A DNA stretch of 53,223 nucleotides, taken from IMG/VR virus record IMGVR_UViG_3300048550_000310, positions 1 through 53,223 of that record; one strand, given 5' to 3'. The notes beneath the pieces are model-generated. The model did no database searches. It was not told the DNA's origin and saw only the letters and a program-made list of their open reading frames with translations. Made by a program: the position numbers and the translations under genes. Position 1 is the first letter of the stretch; the number at the start of each line of letters is the position of its first letter. The DNA comes from a virus. Its lineage: Duplodnaviria > Caudoviricetes. Below are positions 9,135 through 19,097 of the stretch, piece after piece.

Positions 9135-10426
9135 TAAATACCGGACCTAAGGATCTTTTTAAATTCTGGCGTGATGCCAGCAAAGAACTGAGGCATGGCG
9201 GTAAATGATCCTTTATATCTTAACTCAATATCAAGAACGGGGGTCTTTCCTTTATACAAAGTAAAGAAAACTTTTGCTGCATCTCTAGCAAAAGTTTTCT
9301 GCTTATCCAATTCCATTCTTGCGGGTTGTTTTGCTAACGTTGCCATGGCAATCATAACACTATGAATATCAACCATATTGGCATTACCAACACTAGGTTT
9401 TAAATTATTATCAACAGTACCAACACCTTCCGTTAGATAGAATCCAAACTCAGCTTGCTTCCATGTGTTTAGTTCGTCTAAAAGATTTACCTTAAGAACT
9501 CTTGTTAGTAACGCATCCGCAAGGGTATTACTAACAGCAGGTTTATTCATAATTTCAAGAAATCCAGAGTACAAAGGATTCAATCGACCACCCGTACTCT
9601 TCAACTGATCATTAACATAATTTCTAAAACTTTTTTGTGAGGGAGAACTACCAGATTTAATAAGACCATCTCTAGAAAGTTCGTTCTCTCCTTTAAGATT
9701 AATCAGTGCAATCTGTTCAACCTTTTTTCCTTTCTGTCTAGCAACTTTCATATCCCACAATACCTTTGCATCCTGTACATTACTAGGATTTAATTTTGCA
9801 ATATCCTTTTTCGCAACACCAATATTCTCAAGGGGACCACCCTTTTGACATGCCTGTTTAATTACACCGGCAAAAAATTTAATTCTATGTTCGTTTAGTT
9901 GTGCTCTAACTGGTGCAAGTTTTGGACCCTCAATGAATTTTGAGAATGCGTTATTAATTAGAGTTGGACTTGCTGCAGTTGTTGCTGGTTTCTTTTTCAA
10001 AGAGATACCAACATATGTTTTAGGAGGATAAAACAAAATGACATCGGAGGAGTTGTAGTCCGCCATGCCATATGCGTTGATCTTAAATTTTTCTACGTCC
10101 CTATGCCATTTATTACCAGTTAAATATACTCTTGCCGGAATACCAGGACTAACTTCTTTTCTAGTTCCAATAACAGCAGAAATTGCTGCTGCCATATCAG
10201 CATATACTTTTTTCTTTGCTGCATCATTTGGAAGTTGAATGGCAGCAATCATTCCATTTTTAGTTACATTACCCGCAGCATCTAAAACATTATTTCCTTG
10301 AAGATTCTGCAATATTTTAGCATACAAAGAATCAAATACAGCAGGATCTGTTTTTGCTTGCATTAGTTCGACTGTAGGCAGAAACGCTGCTCCTGCATAC
10401 AGTCCTTCCGAAGGTTCGTATGCCAT
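9134..10426 (-). CDS. Hypothetical protein, possible PD-(D/E)xK nuclease fold
   Basis: 430 aa; EPSEG...NSSDVIL...YVGISLKK resembles the D...(E/S)xK core of restriction-like nucleases; CTAAATA upstream at 10447-10453. Confidence 0.55.
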   Translation of the reverse strand: MAYEPSEGLYAGAAFLPTVELMQAKTDPAVFDSLYAKILQNLQGNNVLDAAGNVTKNGMIAAIQLPNDAAKKKVYADMAAAISAVIGTRKEVSPGIPARVYLTGNKWHRDVEKFKINAYGMADYNSSDVILFYPPKTYVGISLKKKPATTAASPTLINNAFSKFIEGPKLAPVRAQLNEHRIKFFAGVIKQACQKGGPLENIGVAKKDIAKLNPSNVQDAKVLWDMKVARQKGKKVEQIALINLKGENELSRDGLIKSGSSPSQKSFRNYVNDQLKSTGGRLNPLYSGFLEIMNKPAVSNTLADALLTRVLKVNLLDELNTWKQAEFGFYLTEGVGTVDNNLKPSVGNANMVDIHSVMIAMATLAKQPARMELDKQKTFARDAAKVFFTLYKGKTPVLDIELRYKGSFTAMPQFFAGITPEFKKILRSGI

Positions 10427-10449
10427 ACCCTAACATTATTTTTAAGTAT

Positions 10450-10656
10450 TTAGTGAAGGTTATGCCAGACAGCACCGATATTCATCTTACCATGAAAGTA
10501 ACCAGAAACGATCACACTAAGTGTCGCTGCTATCACCCCCAGAAACATCAGACTCGGAACTATCGGGTTCTTCGGTAATGTCGGATTCGATGATGTATCG
10601 TCGGGTTCGGTTTCCTCTGGAGTCGAGGGTTTCGGTTCGATACCATCTTCCATCAA
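10450..10656 (-). CDS. Small membrane protein
   Basis: 68 aa with one hydrophobic segment LMFLGVIAATLSVIVSGYF; ATGA overlap with upstream gene. Confidence 0.6.
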   Translation of the reverse strand: MMEDGIEPKPSTPEETEPDDTSSNPTLPKNPIVPSLMFLGVIAATLSVIVSGYFHGKMNIGAVWHNLH

Positions 10657-10753
10657 CCAGCTCCGCTATGCTCGTTAGCAGGTTTTCCGCTATCGCTTTG
10701 TTGCTCGCTTGCTTCCACCTTGGAATGATGTTGGAGTCGTTCGGGGTTGTCAT
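10517..10753 (-). CDS. Possible overlapping hypothetical protein
   Basis: 78 aa ORF in the third frame with protein-like helix + beta-hairpin pattern; fully covered by the two flanking ORFs. Confidence 0.4.
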   Translation of the reverse strand: MTTPNDSNIIPRWKQASNKAIAENLLTSIAELVDGRWYRTETLDSRGNRTRRYIIESDITEEPDSSESDVSGGDSSDT

Positions 10754-10976
10754 TTACTGAGGGAACGAAGGGTGTACGGGAAAGATTCTTGATTACAATG
10801 AAGGCATCTTTATTATACTTACGATGCCCTTTGGGTGATGACCACTTCTTATTGTAACCTTCAGGTTGCTCAATACCAGAGACCACAGTGCCTCCAATAT
10901 CAATATGAATATCGTCATTGGTATCCCATCCGAGCGTTTGAATGGTTTGCCAGAGGTCTTCTTGTGTAAACTTCAT
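10653..10976 (-). CDS. Conserved cyanophage hypothetical protein
   Basis: 107 aa; IGGTVVSGI...KWS...G.RKYNKDAFIVIKN; ATGA-coupled to mazG. Confidence 0.7.
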   Translation of the reverse strand: MKFTQEDLWQTIQTLGWDTNDDIHIDIGGTVVSGIEQPEGYNKKWSSPKGHRKYNKDAFIVIKNLSRTPFVPSVNDNPERLQHHSKVEASEQQSDSGKPANEHSGAG

Positions 10977-11374
10977 ACATCACCTTCCTTACGATTCTCG
11001 GAGAAGTGAACATCAAATGTACCTTCTGGATATCGAGCAGAAAGTTTCTCCACATTCATGGCAAGCACTTCATCGAGACTAATGTTCAGACCGATACATG
11101 CTTGAGCAACATACCACATGATGTCACCCAGTTCACGCTTCAGGTGAAACAGGTTTTCTTCATTGACAGATTTGCCCTGAAAGACAATCTTCTTGACAAC
11201 TTCAGTAAACTCACCTGCCTCAGCAGACATTCCTACAGCAGCAGTAAGCAATCGCTCGGTAGGAAATCCCTGACCTTCAAGTTCTTGAAGACGATAAATG
11301 AATGCTTCATACTCTTTGGACGGTGTTGACGTAACTGCATTGACGAATTCAGCATACTTTTTAGGGTCAATCAT
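10973..11374 (-). CDS. mazG: MazG-family nucleotide pyrophosphohydrolase
   Basis: AEAGEFTEVVKK...KRELGDIMWY MazG motif. Confidence 0.9.
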   Translation of the reverse strand: MIDPKKYAEFVNAVTSTPSKEYEAFIYRLQELEGQGFPTERLLTAAVGMSAEAGEFTEVVKKIVFQGKSVNEENLFHLKRELGDIMWYVAQACIGLNISLDEVLAMNVEKLSARYPEGTFDVHFSENRKEGDV

Positions 11375-12752
11375 ACTTTAAATCTTGAAACGTTTTCTTT
11401 GTTGTAAATTTTTTAACAAGGTCAATTTGCTGTTCTTCAGATCCTTGACCAGAATCAACCAAATCTTTCTGAGCAGATTCCTCAACATCATACAACTTCA
11501 TTTTGGATCTGTCAATACCTATACAGAACCTTTTGTTCATGGCAATATCATTATATCGATTCTTCAATTGCTTGACCATGATCTGATTCATGCCTTCAAG
11601 TTCTTCCGTACTAATAAGGGCAAACATAAGATCAGCAGTAGCAGGAAGACCAAAGGACTCTGAAGTATCAGTAAGGTCAACATCAGAGCTACCATAACCT
11701 GCACGAGTGGTCTGTGTAGCAGAGATGATAGGAACATTACACTCGCAAGCAAAACCTCTAAGTTCCTCTGCGATTGCTTTGACATATGTGTAGGAGTTGA
11801 CAATGCTGCCTTTATATCGTTGGGACGCACAGATATTAAGGTAATCAACAAAGATAATATCGGGTTTAATACTCCGCTTAAGAGCAAGATCACTAACAAG
11901 AGACTTGAAATGTCCGACATGTGCAGATGCCGTAGGGTATTCTTTAATTATAAGTTTACCCTGAGTCTTCTTACTTAGTGTCTTGATCTTCTTATCGAAC
12001 ATAACCTTAGGAAGATCCGTCAATTTTTGAATGGGTATGTTGAGAAGATTCGCGTCAATACGTTCTGCGATTTTCTCCTCCGCCATTTCCAGTGTGATAT
12101 AAAGGACGTTCTTACCCTGTAGGAGTGCTGAAGCGGCAACGTGGCACATAAACAAAGACTTGCCCACACCAGTACCAGCGAGTGCGATATTAAGAGTCTT
12201 ATTAGGAAGACCCCCCTTGGTGATTTTATTAAAGAAGTCAAGATCGAACGGGATCTTGGCCTCTTTGCGATGGTAGAATTCATACCTTTGTTCTGCGTCT
12301 AGGACATAATCGTGACCTACATGCTGATCGAAAGAGACACCTAGTGCCTCTGAAAGAATTGAAGGAATAGCACCTTTATCCCTCTTGGTATCTTGACCGT
12401 CAGCAATCTTGACACTCTCCATAAGAGATAGGTAGATCGCACGCTCCTGACACCACTTCTCCGTAGTATCAACGAGCCAATCGTAGTCTGCGGTATCATC
12501 GGAAAGGACATTTAAAACCTCAAGAATTTCTTTGAATTGATCTTCGTTAAGATCTGTTCTCTCCTGACATTCTATAGCAATAGCGTTAAGAGATGGTAGA
12601 GAATCGTACTGATTCACATACTCATGAATCTCTAAGAAAATAATCTTATGAGACCTTTCTTGAAAGTAATCCATTTTAAGAAAAGGAAGAACTTTTCTTA
12701 TGTACTTCTCACTATTAATGAGGTTGCTAAGAATAGTAAGTTCTAAACTCAT
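11367..12752 (-). CDS. g41: Replicative DnaB-like helicase gp41
   Basis: Walker A AGTGVGKS, ITLEMAE, FVDYLNI, SESFGLPATAD, KQLKNRY; start moved to ATG 12752. Confidence 0.95.
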   Translation of the reverse strand: MSLELTILSNLINSEKYIRKVLPFLKMDYFQERSHKIIFLEIHEYVNQYDSLPSLNAIAIECQERTDLNEDQFKEILEVLNVLSDDTADYDWLVDTTEKWCQERAIYLSLMESVKIADGQDTKRDKGAIPSILSEALGVSFDQHVGHDYVLDAEQRYEFYHRKEAKIPFDLDFFNKITKGGLPNKTLNIALAGTGVGKSLFMCHVAASALLQGKNVLYITLEMAEEKIAERIDANLLNIPIQKLTDLPKVMFDKKIKTLSKKTQGKLIIKEYPTASAHVGHFKSLVSDLALKRSIKPDIIFVDYLNICASQRYKGSIVNSYTYVKAIAEELRGFACECNVPIISATQTTRAGYGSSDVDLTDTSESFGLPATADLMFALISTEELEGMNQIMVKQLKNRYNDIAMNKRFCIGIDRSKMKLYDVEESAQKDLVDSGQGSEEQQIDLVKKFTTKKTFQDLKYD

Positions 12753-13315
12753 AGGTAGTGTAAGTAAGATCCAACAATGGTTTTTGGTCCTGACACTGGA
12801 GAAAGTCCAGAGTGTCGATATTGCCATGTGGGAGGGAACACCAACATTCTACCACACTTTGGGGTAACTGCATAGTCCAATCTAGGAAATGAAGTCTCGC
12901 CACCCTCCTCTACATCATTGAGGTATAAAAATAAAACTAAAAATCTTTTAGCAGAATCATGATTTCCGACATCTACATGATCTTTAAATTGGTCGTAATC
13001 ATTATTAGCATAGGTCTTAATACGAAACTGCTCAAATGCATATTGATCTGGAAAATCAGGTGCAACATCCAAATCATCGATATATTTTTTTGCAGTGTCT
13101 TGAAAGGTTTGTAGTAAAGTCTCGTAGAGAGAAACCCATAGAGGATCCTTTTCAAGATATCGTACAGATATATTTAGGTCCGAGAACGTAGGTCGCTGCC
13201 CTCTATCAATGTACTCTGGGTCGGACCTATCAAGACACGACAATATGCCATCACATACAGGTTTACTAAGAACGTTATCATAGACTTTAATATAATCCTT
13301 TAGATCAGTTGCCAT
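12749..13315 (-). CDS. 2OG-Fe(II) oxygenase (prolyl-4-hydroxylase-like)
   Basis: HVD...[12 protein letters not shown]...FPPTWQYRH: HxD...H triad; start moved to ATG 13315. Confidence 0.85.
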   Translation of the reverse strand: MATDLKDYIKVYDNVLSKPVCDGILSCLDRSDPEYIDRGQRPTFSDLNISVRYLEKDPLWVSLYETLLQTFQDTAKKYIDDLDVAPDFPDQYAFEQFRIKTYANNDYDQFKDHVDVGNHDSAKRFLVLFLYLNDVEEGGETSFPRLDYAVTPKCGRMLVFPPTWQYRHSGLSPVSGPKTIVGSYLHYL

Positions 13316-14315
13316 AACGGAACTCCTGACGTGCTGCTTCGTCAAGTTGATCCATCACTTCGGGGGTAAAATACTTCTCCGGATCAGCGAGAATAGACTT
13401 AGGGTAAATAGCAGATTCACCAACAACGATCCGATTCCCCCGCTTGGTGAAGACTCCGTATTTCTCACCCAGTTCCAGTAGTCCGTAATAGCGGTCAAGT
13501 CCACGATCGTAGTAAAGACGGGTTTCAACATCACTGTTCTCCTTCGTTAGACGAGATTTTTGCGCTTTACATTTGATGATGTTACCAACAACCTCAGTGC
13601 CATCCTTCTCTTTTTTCTTAGTCAGATAGATGATAGTAGAAGATGCATACTTCAGTCCACTACCACCACCCATTTCTTTCATGGGCACATAAGAACCAAT
13701 CACATCGTAAGTATGATTCGTGACCAACATGGGCACGTTTGCCTTGCCTAGTTTGAGTGTGAGCACCCTGAAGGCACCTTTGATAAGTTGACTCTTAGTC
13801 ATGTCACGAACCTGCTTGTCAGCAGCAACGTCTGCAATCTCTTTTTCGGTGGAGAGCATACCAAGAGAGTCCAAGACGAACATCAATGGTTTACGATCTG
13901 CCTCATCCTGCTCCATATACTTGTCAAGGATACGACAAGACTGAGTTCGGAATTGTTCAATGGTTGCAACAGGTACAATCATCATACGATCGGATGCAAT
14001 ACCACGATCCTCAATCATCTGCTTAGAAATAGCAGACTCAGACTCAAAGTAAATTACTCCAGCATCGGGATTGCTGTCAAGGAAATGTTGGACAATACCA
14101 AGACAAAAGAAAGTCTTGCCAGTAGAAGACTCACCAGCGATAGCAGTGATCTTGTTTGAGGGGACTCCACCGTAAATTGAACCGCTAACCAAAGCATTGA
14201 AAATGTAACTACCAGTGTCAATGAAATCTGAAGTATCTCCTGCTGAGACACCATCACTGACAAGTCCTGCATATTCATTACCAATCTCCTTTGCCACATC
14301 CTGTAGAAAATTCAC
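13305..14315 (-). CDS. uvsX: UvsX RecA-like recombinase
   Basis: AGESSTGKT Walker [20 protein letters not shown]. Confidence 0.95.
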   Translation of the reverse strand: MNFLQDVAKEIGNEYAGLVSDGVSAGDTSDFIDTGSYIFNALVSGSIYGGVPSNKITAIAGESSTGKTFFCLGIVQHFLDSNPDAGVIYFESESAISKQMIEDRGIASDRMMIVPVATIEQFRTQSCRILDKYMEQDEADRKPLMFVLDSLGMLSTEKEIADVAADKQVRDMTKSQLIKGAFRVLTLKLGKANVPMLVTNHTYDVIGSYVPMKEMGGGSGLKYASSTIIYLTKKKEKDGTEVVGNIIKCKAQKSRLTKENSDVETRLYYDRGLDRYYGLLELGEKYGVFTKRGNRIVVGESAIYPKSILADPEKYFTPEVMDQLDEAARQEFRYGN

Positions 14316-14470
14316 TCGTTGACCTCCAATAATGTTGTAATGTAATTAGAACGTTTCATGGCACGTTCAAACCATTGTGCTTCTTTCATATCTTTAAACA
14401 CCTTTTCTTCTCGTGCAGAGAATCCGAAAGCACTTTGATATGAAACGATATATTTTTTAGTTGTATTCAT
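14312..14470 (-). CDS. Small hypothetical protein (52 aa), not in ORF track
   Basis: Manual translation [52 protein letters not shown]; 4-nt overlaps with g43 and uvsX at its ends. Confidence 0.7.
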   Translation of the reverse strand: MNTTKKYIVSYQSAFGFSAREEKVFKDMKEAQWFERAMKRSNYITTLLEVNE

Positions 14471-16965
14471 CCAAATAGAAACTCCAGCGATGCGATTTTC
14501 TCAGGTTGCCATCCAATAGTATCCATAATGACTTTAATAGGTTCAAGGAAAGATTTCTCAAATTGTAGATCATAGTCCACATATCTGTCAAGTCCAAGTT
14601 CTCTCGGAAAGGTCTGTAGATAACTCAGAACATTCTCTCCGATTTTATTAGGATTCTTAAGATAAACAAACTTAATCTTATCACCATCACGAATTAAAGG
14701 ATACTTATGGGTAAGTTTATTTTTCTTATTGTGGAAATTATATAGCAATGCACCTCTCACATGAATTGGTGTACCTTTGCCATAGATTACCGTTGGTGAC
14801 GACCACTTATTTAGATTGTTACACCCTCTAGGAAATGAGATATCTTCGACTGGCAACTTGCTGAACTGTTCCCTAAAGTCGGAAATATATTTTTGGGCGT
14901 CCTCCTCAGTGCTACTCAAGATAACTTCGATACACTGACGAATTTTATCACGACAAACACCAGGAGTAGAAGATTTAACTGCCTCAATACCCATCATTTT
15001 TAATTTGGGTTTTGCATAACGAACACCTTCACTATCCCAAACATTCAAAACATATCGTTTCTTAGCAGTCCATATTCCTTTCTCAGCAATGTTCTCTCGC
15101 TTCATGAACATCTTTTGTTCATAAGCACCAACATAATTTGCTAGTTCTTGATACGATTTTTCAATGAACGGTTCTATTCTTTCTTTACATGCTGAGTCGA
15201 TGAAGTTGACGATTCTTTCTGCACGAACATCCTGTGAAGGGAATACAGAACTGACAAGTAAATCAAGACAGATGTAAATGCTATCAGTATCAGAAGCGAT
15301 AACATAATCATGATCCTCTGTTTTAAGTAATTTGTTTAGGTAAGTATTTACCTTGCTCTCAATCCATCTAATCGAGACTTGACCCGAGAGGGTAATTGCC
15401 TCAGCATTTGCCAGATTGTAGTATCGGAAGTATTGGTTTCCGATGGCACCATAGGCAGAGTTGAGTTGGATTTTTCTTGCCATTTGGATATTGTTAAATT
15501 TTGAAATATCCTTTTGTAGTGATGTGGTCTCTGCAGGTGTGGTGGCATGTTCAAGAGCTTGCTTAGACTTAAGCATTCTCTTCTTGTATATGGTCCGTTC
15601 ATTGTAGATACTCTGCATCATTTCTGGTAGGAACCCAAGTATGTCCTTACGATACTGAGCACCGTTAGCACATACACAACAATCCCCATCAATATCTAGC
15701 GTTTCCTCAAGTATTCGATCAACCGTTGCTCTTGGATGTCTCTCGTCGATGAGGGTCTCTGGCGAGATATTGTACTGCATAATAAGATGAGGATACAGAC
15801 TGTTAAGGTCAAAAGACACAACCCAATCATAGAGTCCTGGTTTCGGTTCTTTGACATATGCCCCTGCGTACTTAGCATCTTTCTCACGAATTTTTTTAGG
15901 AGGAACAACTACTTTCCTATCTGTAAGATAGTTATAGATCATGGTGTCCCACATACGCACCTGACTATACACATCTTCAAAGTTGGTCTTTGCATCATAA
16001 CTCATCGTGATGGCAAGTTCCAACAACTTCATCTTATCTTCCAATCTGTCAATCAGTTCAACGTCTTGTATGTTGTATTCCATAAACTTCTGCCAATCAC
16101 GGGTATAGAAGTCTTTGAAGTTTTCATATTCAGAGTGATCAATTTTTCTTTGACCGAGTTCGACGAAAGCGATATGATCGAGTCGGTAAGACTCCTGATT
16201 TGTATATGTAAACTTACGATATAGATCGAAATAGTCAAGAATGTTGATACCAGAGATATCATAAGCATAATTTTTACGCCCTTGTACATAGACTTCTCTT
16301 TCATTTGCACGACCCCATGGCGATAGTGATTTCATCCATTTCTCACCGAGCACACGATTCACTCGACGAGCAATATATGGTACGTCATATAGATTAATAT
16401 TCCAACCCGTTAAGATATCAGGTGTATTTTGCGCCCACCATCCAAGAAAATGGTTAAGCATTTCATTCTCAGTCCAGAAAATAAACGCTTCCACACCTTC
16501 AGGTGGAGTAAACTCACGAGTTGCCCAACTGTAATACTTCTTAGTCACCATATCTTTAATGGTGATTGACAACATTTCTTCCGCTGCTTCATCAACATTG
16601 GGGAATCCATTCTCAGATTGCACCTCAATATCAAGAGCAAATATTTTCATCTGATTAATATTATAATCAATCTCACCAGGAAACTCTCTACGAATCCATT
16701 GGTATACAAATCTCTCGTAACCATGAACTTCAAATCCTTCTACGCCATCATATTGTTGAATGAATTCTCGGGCTTTCTTTGCTGTTTCAAACGTCATTGG
16801 AGTGACATTCTTACCACTCAAAGTCTTGAACTCTTCTTCTTTATTTGACAAGACATACAAAGTCGGGGAGAAGTTACAGCGAAACTGTACAGGTTCGCCG
16901 TGCTTGATTCCCCGATAGAGTATGGTGTCACCAGCAAGTTGAATGTTGGTGTAAAATACGCTCAT
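14467..16965 (-). CDS. g43: Family B DNA polymerase gp43
   Basis: Exonuclease DIE, SFDLNSLYP, KIQLNSAYG, ASDTDS; uninterrupted 832 aa. Confidence 0.97.
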   Translation of the reverse strand: MSVFYTNIQLAGDTILYRGIKHGEPVQFRCNFSPTLYVLSNKEEEFKTLSGKNVTPMTFETAKKAREFIQQYDGVEGFEVHGYERFVYQWIRREFPGEIDYNINQMKIFALDIEVQSENGFPNVDEAAEEMLSITIKDMVTKKYYSWATREFTPPEGVEAFIFWTENEMLNHFLGWWAQNTPDILTGWNINLYDVPYIARRVNRVLGEKWMKSLSPWGRANEREVYVQGRKNYAYDISGINILDYFDLYRKFTYTNQESYRLDHIAFVELGQRKIDHSEYENFKDFYTRDWQKFMEYNIQDVELIDRLEDKMKLLELAITMSYDAKTNFEDVYSQVRMWDTMIYNYLTDRKVVVPPKKIREKDAKYAGAYVKEPKPGLYDWVVSFDLNSLYPHLIMQYNISPETLIDERHPRATVDRILEETLDIDGDCCVCANGAQYRKDILGFLPEMMQSIYNERTIYKKRMLKSKQALEHATTPAETTSLQKDISKFNNIQMARKIQLNSAYGAIGNQYFRYYNLANAEAITLSGQVSIRWIESKVNTYLNKLLKTEDHDYVIASDTDSIYICLDLLVSSVFPSQDVRAERIVNFIDSACKERIEPFIEKSYQELANYVGAYEQKMFMKRENIAEKGIWTAKKRYVLNVWDSEGVRYAKPKLKMMGIEAVKSSTPGVCRDKIRQCIEVILSSTEEDAQKYISDFREQFSKLPVEDISFPRGCNNLNKWSSPTVIYGKGTPIHVRGALLYNFHNKKNKLTHKYPLIRDGDKIKFVYLKNPNKIGENVLSYLQTFPRELGLDRYVDYDLQFEKSFLEPIKVIMDTIGWQPEKIASLEFLFG

Positions 16966-17219
16966 GCTTTCTCGTAGATCTCAACTAGTTTGGGACTTGG
17001 GTCCAGTATAGTAAAGATCGACTCAGAAGTCAAGAACAAATCACGCTGCTCCGTGAATGGAGGAAAAGGAATAATAACATCCTCTTCCTTAATTTCATAG
17101 CAGTTTTCAATCAGCAAGCTGGGCTCCTCGTCTAGTTGAGTCACCTTTCCAATCAGGTACTCTCGTCTCTCTTTGAGTAAGATCAGTTTCACCTGACCCA
17201 GAATCATTTCTTCGTCCAT
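16962..17219 (-). CDS. Hypothetical protein, Sm-like beta pattern
   Basis: 85 aa; VKLILLK...EYLIGKV; ATGA-coupled to g43. Confidence 0.65.
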   Translation of the reverse strand: MDEEMILGQVKLILLKERREYLIGKVTQLDEEPSLLIENCYEIKEEDVIIPFPPFTEQRDLFLTSESIFTILDPSPKLVEIYEKA

Positions 17220-17535
17220 TAGTTGCCTCCACTAATTCATTGTATTTTTCTAAGACAGCATCGAAAGTTTCATATGCTGTTACTACTTCATCCATTTTAA
17301 CCATAACACTATCCTTAGATAACAATGGCATCCAAGGTGTTAGTGCGATTTCAGGTTCAGAGATTTTATGAATTTCCCCATCAGTTTCAGCGTTCATACC
17401 TCCAGTCATTACAACAGAGTATGGATGCCTGAGTTGAAGAGCAAATACCTCGTCCTTATTTTCAGGTGTTGTTACTTCATAAAGATCACAAATAACATCT
17501 TCACCATTTCTTAGTCTTACGATTCTTACGCTCAT
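17107..17535 (-). CDS. Hypothetical protein, Sm-like beta pattern
   Basis: Start moved to ATG 17535 (GGAG upstream): MSVRIVRLRNGEDVICDL...PWMPL. Confidence 0.7.
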   Translation of the reverse strand: MSVRIVRLRNGEDVICDLYEVTTPENKDEVFALQLRHPYSVVMTGGMNAETDGEIHKISEPEIALTPWMPLLSKDSVMVKMDEVVTAYETFDAVLEKYNELVEATNGRRNDSGSGETDLTQRETRVPDWKGDSTRRGAQLAD

Positions 17536-17731
17536 AACTCCTCCGTTCAATTTCATTGACTGCAAATTTAATAACATCCTTTAGGATCCTATCTTCATCT
17601 ACGTTTTTATATTCTGCGATTGGTCTAACGAGTCGCAGAAGTTCTTCGCTATATGACGATGGAACTTCTACTGTTAGCAAATCGGTATCACCATCGTAAT
17701 TATTCGGTTTTAAGTTTACATAAACATTCAT
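17501..17731 (-). CDS. Hypothetical protein
   Basis: ATG 17731 with GAGG Shine-Dalgarno; 76 aa. Confidence 0.65.
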   Translation of the reverse strand: MNVYVNLKPNNYDGDTDLLTVEVPSSYSEELLRLVRPIAEYKNVDEDRILKDVIKFAVNEIERRSYERKNRKTKKW

Positions 17732-17745
17732 AGTGTACCTCAAAC

Positions 17746-17769
17746 AAAAAGAGACCCTAAGGTCTCTTT
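17746..17769 (-). terminator. Rho-independent terminator
   Basis: AAAGAGACC-CTAA-GGTCTCTTT inverted repeat ending in a T-run on the minus strand. Confidence 0.7.
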
Positions 17770-17785
17770 AGTTGTACACTATATA

Positions 17786-18001
17786 TCACCAATCATCTCC
17801 ATAACTTTTACATGTTGCCATGTTTTCATCTGAAGACTTGCACCATTGTCTGACATATGAATCTGCATCCTGTGTCATATGAAAATGAGCATGGTTATGC
17901 AAACATCCAATTAGGATCAACAAACCTACCGATATGATATTAAAGTGTGTCGCTGGATGCATCAGCATCACCTTCAGGTAATGCAGGATCTTGGATTTCA
18001 T
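17786..18001 (-). CDS. Small membrane protein
   Basis: 71 aa with one hydrophobic segment then HNHAH...YVRQWC. Confidence 0.6.
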   Translation of the reverse strand: MKSKILHYLKVMLMHPATHFNIISVGLLILIGCLHNHAHFHMTQDADSYVRQWCKSSDENMATCKSYGDDW

Positions 18002-18434
18002 AAACTTTCAGTTTCTGGTGGTCGGGAATGATCCTCCTCAATTCTACCACAAGCAATCCATTGTTGAAAGTGACTGTGCCGATTTCGACATCATCTGATA
18101 AATTAAATCCTCTTGCAAAGGTGCGAGTAGAAATACCTCTATGCATGTATTCCTCTTCACCTTTATTTTTTGGTGTGACTGATCTGATCAAAAGGACATT
18201 TGATTCTGTAGATACTTCAAACTCATCCTTAGACCAACCAGCAAGTGCTACTTCGATCCTCCACTTGACATTTGATTCTTGCACAAGATTGTATGGAGGG
18301 TATGCGTCATTAACAGATCCCTTTCCGTAGGAATGTAGTCTGTAAAAAACATCATCTAGTCCAACGCCGTATCTTTCTGCAGCGTCTACGATGGCACCAA
18401 GATCTTTCGTGGTGAACTTCTTAAGTCCAGTCAT
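17940..18434 (-). CDS. hsp20: Small heat-shock protein Hsp20
   Basis: YPPYNL...IEVALAG...YMHRGIS.R.F.R.F.L...NGLL.V.L alpha-crystallin domain; start at ATG 18434 behind AAGGAG. Confidence 0.93.
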   Translation of the reverse strand: MTGLKKFTTKDLGAIVDAAERYGVGLDDVFYRLHSYGKGSVNDAYPPYNLVQESNVKWRIEVALAGWSKDEFEVSTESNVLLIRSVTPKNKGEEEYMHRGISTRTFARGFNLSDDVEIGTVTFNNGLLVVELRRIIPDHQKLKVYEIQDPALPEGDADASSDTL

Positions 18435-18498
18435 TTGTATGCTCCTTTTATAAGCGAGTTTAGTTGTGTGGTCCCCGAAGGCAACCAAAATTATTTAT
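18435..18498 (-). promoter_or_regulatory. Late promoter plus ROSE-like structured 5' UTR of hsp20
   Basis: ATAAATA, then a GGUUGCC-UUCG-GGGACC hairpin, then CUCGCUU pairing with the AAGGAG Shine-Dalgarno with a bulged G. Confidence 0.6.
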
Positions 18499-18591
18499 TA
18501 GTCACATTTAGAAATAGTGGTGTAGCATTCCGAACCCAAGTGTAAGGTTTTCCAGACCTACATATAAGTAAGACCCATTATCGATGGAAAA

Positions 18592-19086
18592 ATGAAAAGA
18601 TTTTTACCATTCGTTATGTTAATGTTGACTGCCTCAGCAGCTAACGCTGGTGGACTCGTTACTAAACACGCTTCTAGTGTACAACTTACTGTTGATGCTG
18701 CTAGATCTACCGCCACGAGAGTAGGTTCTTCCTACTCAATCTCGGGTAGTGGAGTGAGCACTACTGATGGCACGACTGCTGGCACTATTTCAGCGGGTAC
18801 TATTACTTCTGGTCTTCTTGTTCCTGGCACTATCTCTGCCACACAAACAACTGACGGAAATGCATTTAGTTTCTCTCAGTCGTTTACACAAGGCGATACA
18901 ATCCCAACTGCAGCTCCTACCGTAGGTGATGTACCTAACTTCTCATCACTTACTTCTTATACAGCTGGATCTGCTGGTACATTAGCAGGTACTGTAGGCA
19001 CAACTGGTGCTCTTACGGTGACGGCTGGTGGAGCTGGCACTACTGCAACTGGACAATTCGTAGGTGAGATTACTGTCATTGACTAG
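18592..19086 (+). CDS. Secreted T/G/S-rich beta protein
   Basis: 164 aa; signal peptide MKRFLPFVMLMLTASAANA. Confidence 0.8.
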   Translation: MKRFLPFVMLMLTASAANAGGLVTKHASSVQLTVDAARSTATRVGSSYSISGSGVSTTDGTTAGTISAGTITSGLLVPGTISATQTTDGNAFSFSQSFTQGDTIPTAAPTVGDVPNFSSLTSYTAGSAGTLAGTVGTTGALTVTAGGAGTTATGQFVGEITVID

Positions 19087-19097
19087 GAGTCTTAGAG

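Noticed and set aside
18522-18535. NtcA-like site GTA-N8-AAC upstream of the plus-strand cassette
   Set aside because: Mismatch in the TAC half-site and no clear properly spaced -10; likely chance
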